This document shows, piece by piece, positions 63,535 to 64,000 of a stretch of 64,000 bases of DNA. The notes under the pieces were generated by a model. It ran no database searches, was not told the origin of the DNA, and worked only from the letters and a program-made list of their open reading frames with translations. Position 1 is the first letter of the stretch, and each line of letters opens with the position of its first letter. The DNA is from Macrostomum lignano (taxonomy: Eukaryota). Location of the stretch: positions 252,945-316,944 of the forward strand of contig NIVC01001414.1 in assembly GCA_002269645.1 (NCBI GenBank). The letters run 5' to 3'. The position numbers and the translations under genes were made by a program.

Positions 63535-63919
63535 GGGTCTCCCTAAAACACGCCCCGCGCCGCCCCAAACCGCTACACATTATAACAAATTTGGCTATAA
63601 CTGAAGACATTTTAAAGTTAGTTAGTTCTCTGTTAAGCTTCAAGTTTGTATCGAATTTAGTTTTTTCACTATGAAATATACAATTCGATGAATAATAAGC
63701 GATATTAATAGTAATATTAGTAAAATAATAACACTACTATAATTTTATAATACAAATGAGAAAATGAAAAATAATGCTATTATTTAGAATGATAATTGAA
63801 TTTATTTATACCATTACTCTTACAACAAATACTTTTCTCTGCAATCAAATACTGCATAGACAAAAAATGTTATAATGTGTAGCGGTCGGGGCGGTGCGGG
63901 GCGTGTTTTAGGGAGACCC
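63535..63919. mobile_element. ~385-bp MITE-like element with ~50-bp TIRs, abutting a second truncated copy
   Basis: GGGTCTCCCTAAAACACGCCCCGC...CCGCTACACATTATAACA and its reverse complement ending at 63919; no TSD visible. Confidence 0.75.
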
Positions 63920-64000
63920 CACGCACCACACCGCCCCGAACCGCTACACATTATAACATTTTTTGTCAATGCAGTATTTGATTGCAAGAAAAACTATTTA

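Overview
Eukaryotic (metazoan) genomic DNA: GC-rich exons, AT-rich GT-AG introns, TTAGGG tracts and dense simple repeats. The style suggests a flatworm such as Macrostomum, but that is a guess. Contents: (1) 1-11.5 kb, a head-to-tail array of non-autonomous Helitron-like units, each with a tRNA-like A/B box, a long 23-bp satellite and (TTAGGG)n. (2) 11.7-24.5 kb (-), a 13-exon, >=1338-codon gene for a multi-ankyrin plus MAP3K-like kinase protein whose kinase C-lobe is not in the window. One intron holds an antisense Penelope-like retroelement (RT + GIY-YIG, 3' hammerhead ribozyme) split by an 8-bp-TSD MITE. (3) 28.5-34 kb (+), a complete SVOP-like MFS transporter gene with an intronic tRNA-Ile carrying a GAT anticodon. 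(4) 37.7-42.5 kb (-), a frameshifted partial paralog of the ankyrin gene with a hAT MITE. (5) 42.9-62.4 kb, a second Helitron-like tandem array (about 9 units, - strand) that also carries TTAGGG tracts. There are also several MITEs, a SINE fragment and many mini/microsatellites. Exon models were built by eye from splice signals and phase continuity; no database searches were run. Most ORFs in the supplied track are artefacts of simple repeats.
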